Below, one piece after another: positions 37,701 through 46,499 of a stretch of 49,931 bases of DNA (positions are counted from its first letter, which is position 1; the number at the start of each line of letters is the position of its first letter). The notes beneath the pieces are model-generated. The model had not been told where the DNA came from, made no database searches, and was given only the letters and a program-made list of their open reading frames with translations. Both the position numbers and the translations under genes were made by a program. Origin of the DNA: Verrucomicrobiota bacterium. Its GTDB lineage: Bacteria > Verrucomicrobiota > Verrucomicrobiia > Verrucomicrobiales > DEV007. The stretch covers positions 1 through 49,931 of the forward strand of contig JASFYY010000059.1 of NCBI GenBank assembly GCA_045046875.1. Reading direction: 5' to 3'.

Positions 37701-38006
37701 CCATGGAGCAAAAGCGATGCCCCCGAAGATTTGCTGAAACTGACTCCGGTCGAAGAAAAAAGCCGTCAGATGGAAAACAAAATCTACGGCATCGTTTTGG
37801 ACAAAGCCAAAAACGCTTACGTCATTCACAAAAACGGCGACCTGAAAATCATCAATGCTGAAGATGGATCACTGATCTCCAGCCACTCCGTTCCCGCCCC
37901 GATGTGGGATGGACTCGCTTTGGCCCAGGGCAAGCTTTTCCTCAGCACCGCTGATGGCCAACTGGTCTGCATCGGAGACGGCGCCAAAGTGGCCTCCGCT
38001 CGCTAA
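34779..38006 (+). CDS. Large secreted PQQ-like beta-propeller protein with an N-terminal SAM-methyltransferase-like domain
   Basis: Signal peptide MKKRRF...ASA; LPYSENLINLI...EIFRVLVPDG; WTHPRHD, DWPMYRHD, VDTPPT and LESAWPV. Start set at ATG 34779. Confidence 0.85.
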   Translation: MKKRRFSLPAPLLVLLTASFCQLSASAAEKENPATLAKIHGGAVVQLGAAKTSDAIALAKTGRYVINLLDTKKDAVAKAQTALHQNHIYGVAAAETLPDYTHLPYSENLINLIIAGPVAADLGEIFRVLVPDGAIVVTDPGAINNDRLKKAGFLNIQEMTSPDDADKKWLVAHKPWPGNMGHWTHPRHDSNGNAVSPDTAVGEPRRIRWIAGHSGNEVEGMVSDDGRNFYGNTLTRDSFNGFRLWHRDLGLAQDKMDPATFDMKRLNRSFARPIATEKYLFAVAFPTKNLVAIDAVTGEIIRTFPEIKSPKELIQHKGTVVATAQSGIYAFSTETGDILWKKESSAPRTIVAGSDRVSYIQGEPRKGEKSEAVTVDLYSGKVLWKNSEFPWLDKVKRSVLYGDQLTYEVSSFSNSDTDNGIHIVDAKNGKLSWEKTYAPGMNHARQARAMFIGDDLWIQQGGKVDYDDKEKSKFQAVEVVSIDRKTGETKKSFAAGLGHCAPPVATVNMIFSGVVEMTNLITGELVTNSITKSNCSSENGFIPANGLIYATPKHCTCWPMLRGYVAMAPEHPGLKKGTYPPDLPADKIQFKLTKEGAQADAKAAKTSASDWPMYRHDAWRSSSSASAGPKQGNVLWTAALTEKPALADSSPLKFDWNDNPFVKGPISPPTIANGIAYVARPDAHEVVAIDTASGKVAWRFTARGRVDTPPTIHNGLVLFGDHGGYVHALRADNGKAVWRFQASPIDERMGAYGQLESAWPVAGSVLVIDDNAYFVAGRQQLSDGGVFIFSVDPMTGEKHWAQKINNIPQKSYDGKNDESFGFYKNSGLEFDPVDLLHKEGDRIAMSRWMISMDGKSVDVDTWNGFAKLNTGNGTAVVPRGTWTYGFRQVHRFGGEAYRRSLSAWKDNTVVGAYDSTTALFRKDFDEKSVKAFNRKWITGWQAAQEGSKLMKSKGAGPRPFRSDRVAADAKWKVNPWSKSDAPEDLLKLTPVEEKSRQMENKIYGIVLDKAKNAYVIHKNGDLKIINAEDGSLISSHSVPAPMWDGLALAQGKLFLSTADGQLVCIGDGAKVASAR

Positions 38007-38679
38007 CCTGCCACTCTCAGAACTTCTGTTTGAACCAGAGCACATCCCTGATCGCCCTCCGGCCAACGCGCCGGAGAAATGGACGATCAGCTTGTTTTCT
38101 TTAATATTTTTCGGTCTATTCACCGCAGAAATCGCCCGTGACTTCCAAGTTGCCAAATTGTCCCTACCGTTCTTCCTAATCTCCTGGGTAATACTCCTGG
38201 CGGTTCATGAGTTTGGACACGCCTTGATGGCCCGGGCGCTTGGTTGGGAAGTTGATCTCATTTCACTCGGCTCGGGAAAGATTCGTCGCAGACTGAGAGT
38301 GCTAGGCATGGATGTGGAAATCCGCACCATTCCCCTGTCTGGATTTGTTCGCCCCCGCCCACTGGATCACATTTCCCCACACTTGAAAAACTTTCTCATC
38401 TACGCCGCCGGACCCGGCATCGAAATCCTTTTGGTCTTGATCATCGCTCTGACCATCGGTTTTTCAACCCTGCTGCAGCTCAGCGAATCCATCGCCATCA
38501 TCGCCACGCAAAGCTTTTGCCTCGCTGCCCTCTTTGGCGCCATCTTCAATCTCATCCCCTTCCCCCACCGCAACAACGATGGCTCCCAATCCTGGTCCGA
38601 CGGCCTCGGCATGATCCTCTGCTGGACCATCCCCGACTCTCACTATGGCGAGCAGACGGATGCTGAGGATAATAGCTGA
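37909..38679 (+). CDS. M50 (site-2 protease-like) membrane metallopeptidase
   Basis: VHEFGH, YAAGP and FNLIP...SDG. The true start is uncertain and may be near 38008. Confidence 0.8.
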   Translation: MDSLWPRASFSSAPLMANWSASETAPKWPPLANLPLSELLFEPEHIPDRPPANAPEKWTISLFSLIFFGLFTAEIARDFQVAKLSLPFFLISWVILLAVHEFGHALMARALGWEVDLISLGSGKIRRRLRVLGMDVEIRTIPLSGFVRPRPLDHISPHLKNFLIYAAGPGIEILLVLIIALTIGFSTLLQLSESIAIIATQSFCLAALFGAIFNLIPFPHRNNDGSQSWSDGLGMILCWTIPDSHYGEQTDAEDNS

Positions 38680-38703
38680 CAAACACCCTGAATCTTTCCA
38701 GAA

Positions 38704-39462
38704 TTATTTAACCTCTTCCAGTATGTCCAAATAAGTGCGGCTCACTCTTTTCCCTGTTGCCGGGTTCAATGTTTCGATCAGCATCTGATCCACCATCCAG
38801 ATATCGCCCATCTTTTTGACACTCTGAACCCTAAAGGTTTTGATTTTTTTTCCTTTTTTGGGCTCAAAACCTTCCATCCTCAACATGCTGCCACTGCCTT
38901 TGTCCACCCACACCCAGGCCGAGCCATAATCACCCAGACCGCTGGGGTTCATCACCTGCACCAACCAGGCATCCCGGCGCAGTAGTTTTTCCTCCTTGAG
39001 AATTTTTGCTTTGGGCCAATATAGGAACCGCATCGAGATATCATCAAAGGTGACGTCAGTTCCACGAATACGTTGGCGGTACCACTCCGACTTCACCACC
39101 TTCAACTTCCCCTCCGCACCAAAACTCTCCTTCAGAACCAATTGATCGTTTTTCGTCGTCAACTCGATCATCTGGTAAGGCGAACTGAACTGAAACATAA
39201 TCGAATCAGGTTTCAAAGTTAACAAAAAAGGAATCTTCTTTTTATCATGACGCAGCTGCCCCTTAAAACTCCGGTTCACTTTGGTGTAACTGTAACGAAC
39301 CAGTCTGAGCACATCATCCCCATTGAGATCCGCCAGTGTTTTACCCGCAAAAGGCGAGCCTGATGACTGCGCCTTTAACTCGGCGCTGCCCATGCTCAAC
39401 AAACACACCAGCAAAACAAATACACCACAAAATTTATCCATTTTCATTATTCTCTTTATCAT
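38704..39462 (-). CDS. Outer membrane lipoprotein-sorting (LolA-like) protein
   Basis: IRGTDVTFDDISMRFLYW and WVWVDK...FRVQSVKK..DIWMVDQM; signal peptide. Confidence 0.75.
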   Translation of the reverse strand: MIKRIMKMDKFCGVFVLLVCLLSMGSAELKAQSSGSPFAGKTLADLNGDDVLRLVRYSYTKVNRSFKGQLRHDKKKIPFLLTLKPDSIMFQFSSPYQMIELTTKNDQLVLKESFGAEGKLKVVKSEWYRQRIRGTDVTFDDISMRFLYWPKAKILKEEKLLRRDAWLVQVMNPSGLGDYGSAWVWVDKGSGSMLRMEGFEPKKGKKIKTFRVQSVKKMGDIWMVDQMLIETLNPATGKRVSRTYLDILEEVK

Positions 39463-39501
39463 CCGATCTTGCTTAAAAATTTACTCTTAGGATCGCTACA
39501 A

Positions 39502-40578
39502 TCATTTCCGCAATGGCGGTTGAGAACAAAGAAATACAAAAGCCTCCCGAACCCGGATCCGCTGTTCTTCGTTGGCAAGCATTACCCGTGTCTGGCCCTG
39601 CTCATCTCCGGCAAAAAATGTCCGCCCCGCATCCGACACCTTGACTTTACCTGGCAAAGTCAGGGAAAAATACCCGCGATTCGGACGAACCGCCTGCAGC
39701 ACACTGGTCAAATCATAACAAGGGCGGTCATAGGGCATCTTGCCATACAGGCGATAAGCATGCTGCACCGGGCTCGGCCCACTATCCCCGTAATCCCGTT
39801 CCATGCTCACAGCCGGAATCTTAATACTGTTGCCTAAATACCACGGACTCAAGACCAGCTCCGTCGGCCAGTTTTCGATCACTTTTTTTGCTGAGGGGAT
39901 ATCCACCTTCACGTTATATTCAATGCGCTCTTTGCCGGGACCTCTAGGCTCAAAACCAAACGACCCCGCCATCATCGACATCAGTCGCACCTTCTTCTTG
40001 ATCAATTCGACGCCGTTGAGTTCAGAATATTCATCCGCCGGAGTATCCATCAAACGCACCACATTGGTGCTGAACCCCACCACCAGCAATACCACCGAAG
40101 CATCCGGCTGGGCGGCAAGGGTTTTGCGCAGTAAAGCCACCGCCTCCGGAGCCTTTTGTTGCGGGCCGAGATCGTAGGGATACAACAACTCTCCCTGTTT
40201 GTTTTTTGTCATCACCACGGCTTCAACATATTTGCCTGACTCGGGAGTCCGCCCATCCTTGACCCGCCCAATAGGGATGTCCGGCCGACCATAATAAGTG
40301 TTCACCGCATCCACATAGGTAGCGGCATAGGGGCTCTGCTTGCTCACCGTCACCGCCAACAACTCACACTCTCCACGATCCTGCAGCGCATGGATCACCG
40401 CCAGCGCCAGGGCATCATCCACATCATTGCCGATGTCCGTATCAAAAATAAGTTTCACTGGCTCGGCTGCCTGCGAGGCAAACGCCCCGATGAACAAAGC
40501 CACCAGCACCATCATACCCACCACGTGCTTTCCCCAGCTCTGAAATCCCTGCCTATAAAATTCTAATGCTTTGTTCAT
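39502..40578 (-). CDS. Nucleoside hydrolase (IU-NH family) with signal peptide
   Basis: LIFDTDIGNDVDDALAL, EYNV and DRPCYDLT; hydrophobic leader ending ASQA. Confidence 0.88.
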   Translation of the reverse strand: MNKALEFYRQGFQSWGKHVVGMMVLVALFIGAFASQAAEPVKLIFDTDIGNDVDDALALAVIHALQDRGECELLAVTVSKQSPYAATYVDAVNTYYGRPDIPIGRVKDGRTPESGKYVEAVVMTKNKQGELLYPYDLGPQQKAPEAVALLRKTLAAQPDASVVLLVVGFSTNVVRLMDTPADEYSELNGVELIKKKVRLMSMMAGSFGFEPRGPGKERIEYNVKVDIPSAKKVIENWPTELVLSPWYLGNSIKIPAVSMERDYGDSGPSPVQHAYRLYGKMPYDRPCYDLTSVLQAVRPNRGYFSLTLPGKVKVSDAGRTFFAGDEQGQTRVMLANEEQRIRVREAFVFLCSQPPLRK

Positions 40579-40600
40579 ATTAATATCCTCATCGTGATTG

Positions 40601-41545
40601 TTAATTTTTACTCTTCCCTGCCAAACGCACTCTGTAAACATCTGCTATCACCGCGATCACAATCACAAAACCCGTGATCAATCTTTTGGTTGGTTCCGAA
40701 GCTCCGATCTGCGCCAAGCCGGTTTCCAAAATAGCAATGATCAGCACCCCGATGAAACTGCGCACCACCGAGCCACGCCCTCCCATCAGACTGGTTCCCC
40801 CGATCACCACCGCAGCGATCGCCTGCAACTCCAAACCAATGCCCGCATTCGGATCCGCCGATCCCAGTCGCGAAGCATAAAACAAAGCACCCAAACCACT
40901 TAATAAACCTGACAGAGCAAACACCCCGACCTTCACCGAACGTGGATTGATGCCCGAATACACCACCACCGATTCACCCGCGCCAATCGCCAATGCGTAA
41001 CGCCCCCATATCGTTTTGCTCAAAACCAACTGCCCTGCTACCACCACCAGCACCGCTACGATAAAAGCCGGCGATAAACCCAATCCTCCGATCGGCGTCG
41101 CCACCCCCTCCACCGCAGCGCCTATGTATTTGGTGCTCGACCCGGTAACCAGATATGCTCCGCCACGGGCGATCTCCAACATGCCCAAAGTGACAATGAA
41201 AGAAGGGATCGCCCATTTCACCGTGATAACTCCGTTTAATGCTCCGCAAAGCGCGCCCACCAGTAAAGCCAACGCCACTGCCGTTGGCAGTCCCCAGCCC
41301 CAATCAAGCATCGCCACCCCGATGACACTACTGGCCAGAGCCAGGACCGAACCCACGGACAAATCAATGCCCGCAATGATCAACACAAAGGTCATGCCCA
41401 CCGCAATAACCATCAGCGCAGGGATTTGATTCAACAGCGAGATGAGCGTGCCCGAGGAGAAAAAATGTTGTGACTTGAATGAGAAAAAAGCAATCAGCAG
41501 CAACAAAAATACCAGCAACCCCGCATAACTTTTTAAAACTTTCAT
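40601..41545 (-). CDS. rbsC: Ribose ABC transporter permease
   Basis: GMTFVLIIAGIDLSVGS, IPSFIVTLG and ELQAIAAVVIGGTSL.GG.G. Confidence 0.88.
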   Translation of the reverse strand: MKVLKSYAGLLVFLLLLIAFFSFKSQHFFSSGTLISLLNQIPALMVIAVGMTFVLIIAGIDLSVGSVLALASSVIGVAMLDWGWGLPTAVALALLVGALCGALNGVITVKWAIPSFIVTLGMLEIARGGAYLVTGSSTKYIGAAVEGVATPIGGLGLSPAFIVAVLVVVAGQLVLSKTIWGRYALAIGAGESVVVYSGINPRSVKVGVFALSGLLSGLGALFYASRLGSADPNAGIGLELQAIAAVVIGGTSLMGGRGSVVRSFIGVLIIAILETGLAQIGASEPTKRLITGFVIVIAVIADVYRVRLAGKSKN

Positions 41546-41593
41546 GATCAAATACCTATCTCCACTGTGCGCGCATTTTCCACCAAGCCAGAA

Positions 41594-42625
41594 TCACTTC
41601 AAAGAATCCGCCGTGATCAAATCGACCGGAGTTTCCCGGTTTGCCTCTCCCGTGTTCCCTGCCGCCAATCTGCCCAAGGCTTCTTCGATTCCATAAACGG
41701 CCAGCTGTCCGCCGTGTTGGTCTGCCGTAGCCAACACCCGTCCATCCTTGATCAGCGCCTGAATCGCAGAAATATTATCAAAGCCCACCACCTGGATATC
41801 CCCCACTTTGCCCGCCGCCTTTACCGCCGCCACCGCACCGAGCGCCATGCTGTCATTGGCGCATAACAACGCTTTTAAGTTCGCATTTTCACTGATCATT
41901 GCCGACGCTATACGGTTGGCTTTTTCCATTTCCCATTGCGCGCTCTGGCTACTGACGATTTTCATTCCAGCTGCTTTCATCGCCTCTTCAAACCCAAGCT
42001 TGCGCTGCTTGGCATTAAAGGCCGTCTGCACCCCCTCGATGATCGCCACCTCGTCCCCTTTTTTTAAAACCGCAGCCAGGGCGTCCCCCACCTTGCGCGC
42101 GCCCTTACGATTATCCGGCCCCACAAAAGGAATGCTGATACCCGCTTGCTGCAAAACTTCCGCGTCCAGTTGATTGTCAATATTGATCACCACCACACCC
42201 TCTTTTTTGGCGCGTTTCAACGCCGGCACCACCGCCTTCGAATCCGCAGGAGCGATCACAATGGCGGCCACCTTTTTGGCCACCATCTGCTCGATCAGCG
42301 CCACCTGTTGACCCAAATCAGTTTCATTTTTGATCCCGTTGACCAACAAATCATACTGATCAGGAAAGTCCTGTTGATGTTTTTCCGCCCCCAGCGCCAT
42401 CGAAGAGAAAAATTCATTGGCCAAGGATTTCATGATCAAGGCCACTTCGGGCTTGCCCCCATCCCCCTGTTGCTCCGTTGTTTTCCCTTCACCATCTTTA
42501 TCTGCCGGCCCACAGGCCACCGTAAATAACAAGGCCATGCACAATCCGGCCCCAGTGACGGCAAAGCCTGATAGCTTTGTCTTTAAGGTCGCAGTAATTA
42601 AGCTTAATTTTAGTATTTCCTTCAT
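41594..42625 (-). CDS. rbsB: Sugar (ribose) ABC transporter substrate-binding lipoprotein
   Basis: VALIMKSLANEFF, IAPADSKA, PFVGPDN, CANDSMALG and VGFDN; lipobox TVAC. Start uncertain. Confidence 0.85.
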   Translation of the reverse strand: MKEILKLSLITATLKTKLSGFAVTGAGLCMALLFTVACGPADKDGEGKTTEQQGDGGKPEVALIMKSLANEFFSSMALGAEKHQQDFPDQYDLLVNGIKNETDLGQQVALIEQMVAKKVAAIVIAPADSKAVVPALKRAKKEGVVVINIDNQLDAEVLQQAGISIPFVGPDNRKGARKVGDALAAVLKKGDEVAIIEGVQTAFNAKQRKLGFEEAMKAAGMKIVSSQSAQWEMEKANRIASAMISENANLKALLCANDSMALGAVAAVKAAGKVGDIQVVGFDNISAIQALIKDGRVLATADQHGGQLAVYGIEEALGRLAAGNTGEANRETPVDLITADSLK

Positions 42626-42654
42626 GGTGATTTAAGCTTGAATGTAACCAAGCC

Positions 42655-43599
42655 ATGCCTAAATCCAAGTCCTCAATTGTCACCGTTGTCGGATCGCTCA
42701 ATATCGACTATCTGAGCTCCGTCTCTCACCTGCCTGCTCCCGGCGACACCGTGGCCGCCTCACAGCTGCAAATCCTCTTTGGAGGCAAGGGCGCCAACCA
42801 GGCCATTGCCGCGGCCCGACAAGGAGCGCATGTGCATTTTATCGGCTCAGTCGGCGATGACGATCGAGGCTCTTCCTATCTCTCCTATTTGGACAAAGAA
42901 GGCATTGATACCCAGGCTGTCAGCCAAAGAAAAAACAGTCATACCGGTTCGGCGATGATCGCCGTTGATCAAAATGGCGAGAACATGATCATTGTCGCCG
43001 CAGGCGCCAATGGAGAAACCTGCGCAGAGGACATTCAGAAATTTGCAGCGCTCATCAAGCAAGCTGACCTTCTGGTACTGCAACTCGAACTACCGCTGGA
43101 CGCAGTTGTTAGCGCTATGCAAATAGCCAACCAAGCCCAAACCCCGGTCATTTTTAATCCATCTCCGATCAACGAAGAGTTCCCCTGGGGGGAACTTTCT
43201 ATTCAATACCTGATCGTCAACGAAGGCGAAGCCGAAGCCATACTGGGAACCCACATCGACGCCTCTTGTAAACCAGACGATGTCGCGGCCTTGCTCAAAT
43301 CCAAAAACATCGACCAGCTGATCATCACCCGAGGCAGCAAAAGCACGCTGTTTTTTTCCCCCACTGAACGAATCGAAATCGCCGCCTTTCCGGTCACTCC
43401 AGTGGACACCGTGGGGGCAGGCGATGCTTTTTGCGGAACCTTCGCCGCCCGCCTCGCCGAAAAACCCGAAACCGCCATGGCCGACCTGATCAAAATTGCC
43501 AATGCCGCCGGCGCCCTGACCACTCTTGCCCACGGAGCCCAGGATCCGATCCCTGACAAAAAAACCACCGACCAGCAGTTAAAAAAGCAGCTCCAGTAA
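42655..43599 (+). CDS. rbsK: Ribokinase
   Basis: VVGSLNID, GGKGANQAIAAAR, LQLE, NEGEA and DTVGAGDAF. Confidence 0.94.
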   Translation: MPKSKSSIVTVVGSLNIDYLSSVSHLPAPGDTVAASQLQILFGGKGANQAIAAARQGAHVHFIGSVGDDDRGSSYLSYLDKEGIDTQAVSQRKNSHTGSAMIAVDQNGENMIIVAAGANGETCAEDIQKFAALIKQADLLVLQLELPLDAVVSAMQIANQAQTPVIFNPSPINEEFPWGELSIQYLIVNEGEAEAILGTHIDASCKPDDVAALLKSKNIDQLIITRGSKSTLFFSPTERIEIAAFPVTPVDTVGAGDAFCGTFAARLAEKPETAMADLIKIANAAGALTTLAHGAQDPIPDKKTTDQQLKKQLQ

Positions 43600-43604
43600 A
43601 GGTC

Positions 43605-45149
43605 TTATTTTGGTGGACGAATCAAAGCTTTGTATTTTGGCCACTCGATGCGCTGACTCTCCGCACGCGGCCATTTCCACTCCGGCCACACCGGACTTTC
43701 ATCCCTCACCTCGCGGTAGAGTTTAACCAGACTCTCCTTCATGCCTTCGAAGCGTGCCGTCTCCACCGCTTTCAAATCCTTGGTCTCCTCCAAATCATCT
43801 TTCAGGTTATAGAGTTCAAAACCTGTCAGTTCAGCGGTTTTATACATTTCCATGTCATCAAGAGTGACATCTGCCGTGGCACGCAGTTTGGCCATCGTCA
43901 CCCAGCCTTTGTCATCGGTGACAGGTTCGGACTTAGATTTCCCCGCCACCTTCTGCGCCAAGTCCGCAGGCAATTTGATCCTCGCTTCCAACTTCCAATC
44001 GCCCTCGCGCATCGCCACTTTCACCTCACTGCTCGACCGGATAAAATGCCAATACAAAGGCGTTTTCCTGACGATTTTCTCGCCTTTGAAAACCGGCAAA
44101 AAACTGCTGCCATCGATCTTCCTGTCAGTGGGAACCTGCGCCCCGGCGATCTCACAAAAAGTCGGCAGCACGTCCACTCCGGACACCGGCTCAACACTGA
44201 TCGAACCCGGCTTGGCATGTCCCGGCCAGCGCACAATACCCGGCACTCGAATCCCTCCTTCATAGATATGCCCCTTCTTGGCCCGCAACGGCCCCGTTGA
44301 ACCGTAAGGATGATAACGAGTGATCGCCGGCCCATTGTCACTGGTAAAAAATACCAGCGTATTCTCACTCAATTTTTGCCGATCCAGTTCATCCATCAAA
44401 CGGCCAAAGGCCGCATCGAGTTGCGTCACATTACCATGATGCGCCCGCTGGGCCGGATCCTTGAACTTCTTATACAGCGCCGTGTGTTTTTCCGCCGTAG
44501 CGATCGGTTCATGCGGCTCATTAAAACAAACATAGGTGAAAAACGGCTTATCCTTGTCCCTCACATCCCGCAACCAATGAATCGTTTCGTCCACCACAAT
44601 ATCCGCCGAATAGCCCTCGATCGGTCCCACCGGAATCCCATTGCGGACAAAATTATACGGATTCTTGTGATTGGGCAGCGCATTGTTCTGAACCGAAAAC
44701 CAATAATCAAAACCATGATCACTGGCCTGAGGTTGACCAGGCAGATTGAACATACCATTGAGATGCCACTTACCCGTCTGACAAGTTGTGTAACCCGATT
44801 TTTTCAACAAAGTCGCCACCGTGATTTCTGATTCACGCACATGCACCGGTGATAAAAAAGGAATCCAATTGTGAATTCCCACCCGCCACGGAGTACGTCC
44901 GGTCATCAAACCCGCTCGCGAAGGAGAACAATTCGCCGCCGCCGCATAACAGTTGGTCAACTTCAACCCCTCTGCCGCAAACTTATCCAAGTTCGGCGTC
45001 AACACCTCCTGCGAGCCAAAACAGCCAATATCCCCATAACCCAGGTCATCAGCCAAAACCACAATCAAATTCGGCCGGTCCGCCGCAAAAATAATAATCG
45101 GCGCCGATACCAGCACCCAAACCCAACTAAAAATCCATCTACTTTTCAT
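43605..45149 (-). CDS. Arylsulfatase (formylglycine-dependent, family S1)
   Basis: RPNLIVVLADDLGYGD, CSPSRAGLMTGR, GKWHL and TSDNG; signal peptide. Start set at ATG 45149. Confidence 0.95.
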   Translation of the reverse strand: MKSRWIFSWVWVLVSAPIIIFAADRPNLIVVLADDLGYGDIGCFGSQEVLTPNLDKFAAEGLKLTNCYAAAANCSPSRAGLMTGRTPWRVGIHNWIPFLSPVHVRESEITVATLLKKSGYTTCQTGKWHLNGMFNLPGQPQASDHGFDYWFSVQNNALPNHKNPYNFVRNGIPVGPIEGYSADIVVDETIHWLRDVRDKDKPFFTYVCFNEPHEPIATAEKHTALYKKFKDPAQRAHHGNVTQLDAAFGRLMDELDRQKLSENTLVFFTSDNGPAITRYHPYGSTGPLRAKKGHIYEGGIRVPGIVRWPGHAKPGSISVEPVSGVDVLPTFCEIAGAQVPTDRKIDGSSFLPVFKGEKIVRKTPLYWHFIRSSSEVKVAMREGDWKLEARIKLPADLAQKVAGKSKSEPVTDDKGWVTMAKLRATADVTLDDMEMYKTAELTGFELYNLKDDLEETKDLKAVETARFEGMKESLVKLYREVRDESPVWPEWKWPRAESQRIEWPKYKALIRPPK

Positions 45150-45199
45150 ATAAAAATCCTTTCTTAGATTCCTTCCCAACTAAAAATTTACCCCTCCTC

Positions 45200-45269
45200 T
45201 TATTCGTGTTTATTAGTGTCCATCTTGACGCGCCTTAGCTTTAGCGGCGGCGGTTCGTGGTTCTCTTTT
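45200..45269. repeat. Intergenic dispersed repeat, copy 1
   Basis: 54-bp core 45216-45269 matches 46437-46490 with 2 mismatches. Confidence 0.85.
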
Positions 45270-45289
45270 CCTTATCCTACAGCCTTCTT

Positions 45290-46267
45290 TCAAACCTCCG
45301 TGCAACAAGGACAAGGCTGCACCCAATGCCCCGGCTCCACTTCCACCAAGCCCAAATCCATGCCCACACTTTCCTGCCACTTGGCATGTTTCATCCGATA
45401 ACCAAAAGCACAGCCCTGCGGCGGATCAATCGGCGACGGCACATCGCCCTCCAGTAAAGTCCTATCCCGTTTGGAATTCGGATCCGCCACCGGAATCGCC
45501 GATATCAAGGCCTTGGTATAAGCGTGGCGCGGATGATTATAAATCGCATCCGCATCCGCCAATTCCATGATCTTCCCCAAATACATAATCGCCACCCGAT
45601 CCGATACATGGCGCACCACCGCCAGATCATGCGCGATAAACAAATACGCCAGCCCCATGTCCCGCTGCAAATCCATCATCAGATTCAACACCTGACTCTG
45701 CACCGATACATCAAGTGCCGACACCGGTTCGTCACAAAGAATCAACTTAGGATTCAAAGCTAAAGCCCGCGCAATACCAATCCTCTGCCGCTGACCACCA
45801 GAAAATTCAAACGGAAAACGTGAGCTCATTTTCTCATTCAGCCCCACCCGCTCCAGCAGATCCGCCACCTTCTTTTCCCGCTCCGCCCTCGTGCCGATTC
45901 TCTGCACCACAAAAGGCTCACCGACAATCTGCCCCACCGAGTGCCTCGGATTCAACGACTCCGCCGGATCCTGAAAAATCATCTGCATCTCACGCCGCAA
46001 AGGCATCAGCTCCTTGCGTGACATCCTGGTGATGTCATGCCCATCAAAAACCACCTGCCCCGCCGTTGGGTTGAGCAAACGACAAGTCGTCTTAGCCAAA
46101 GTCGACTTGCCGCAACCGGATTCCCCCACCAAACCCAGCGTCTCCCCCGGATAAACCTTCAACGACACCCCGTCCACCGCCTTAGCCGAACCCACCGGAC
46201 GCAAAAACACCCCCCCCTTCACCGGAAAGTGCATCTTCAAATCTCTAATCTCCAATATCGGCTCCAT
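45290..46267 (-). CDS. oppF: Oligopeptide ABC transporter ATP-binding protein (OppF/DppF-like)
   Basis: [38 protein letters not shown] and C-terminal GDVPSP. Confidence 0.9.
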   Translation of the reverse strand: MEPILEIRDLKMHFPVKGGVFLRPVGSAKAVDGVSLKVYPGETLGLVGESGCGKSTLAKTTCRLLNPTAGQVVFDGHDITRMSRKELMPLRREMQMIFQDPAESLNPRHSVGQIVGEPFVVQRIGTRAEREKKVADLLERVGLNEKMSSRFPFEFSGGQRQRIGIARALALNPKLILCDEPVSALDVSVQSQVLNLMMDLQRDMGLAYLFIAHDLAVVRHVSDRVAIMYLGKIMELADADAIYNHPRHAYTKALISAIPVADPNSKRDRTLLEGDVPSPIDPPQGCAFGYRMKHAKWQESVGMDLGLVEVEPGHWVQPCPCCTEV

Positions 46268-46293
46268 CACAAAAAAAATCCCCTCAAGCAAAT

Positions 46294-46368
46294 TCCTACT
46301 CCTACTCCTACTCCTACTCCTACTCCTAATTCTAATTCTAATTCTACTCCTAATTCTAATTCTAATTT
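46294..46368. repeat. Hexamer tandem repeat tract (TCCTAC)n/(TTCTAA)n
   Basis: About five CCTACT units followed by about six CTAATT-type units, between oppD and oppF. Confidence 0.85.
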
Positions 46369-46420
46369 CTTATCCGCGTTCATCCGCGCCATCCGCGGTT
46401 AAATCTCTTCCTATTCCTTC

Positions 46421-46490
46421 TTATTCGTATCTCTTCGTGTCCATCTTGACTCGCCTTAGCATTAGCGGCGGCGGTTCGTGGTTCTCTTTT
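46421..46490. repeat. Intergenic dispersed repeat, copy 2
   Basis: Direct repeat of 45200-45269, preceded by ATCCGCGTTCATCCGCGCCATCCGCGG. Confidence 0.85.
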
Positions 46491-46499
46491 TTCCCCTCT

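Noticed and set aside
46037..46402. ORF with a PTPTPT/NSNSNS tail
   Set aside because: A translation artefact of the hexamer microsatellite, antisense to oppF.
45200..46490. Possible CRISPR repeats or IS ends
   Set aside because: Only two copies, 1.2 kb apart and flanking a housekeeping gene, with no cas or transposase gene.
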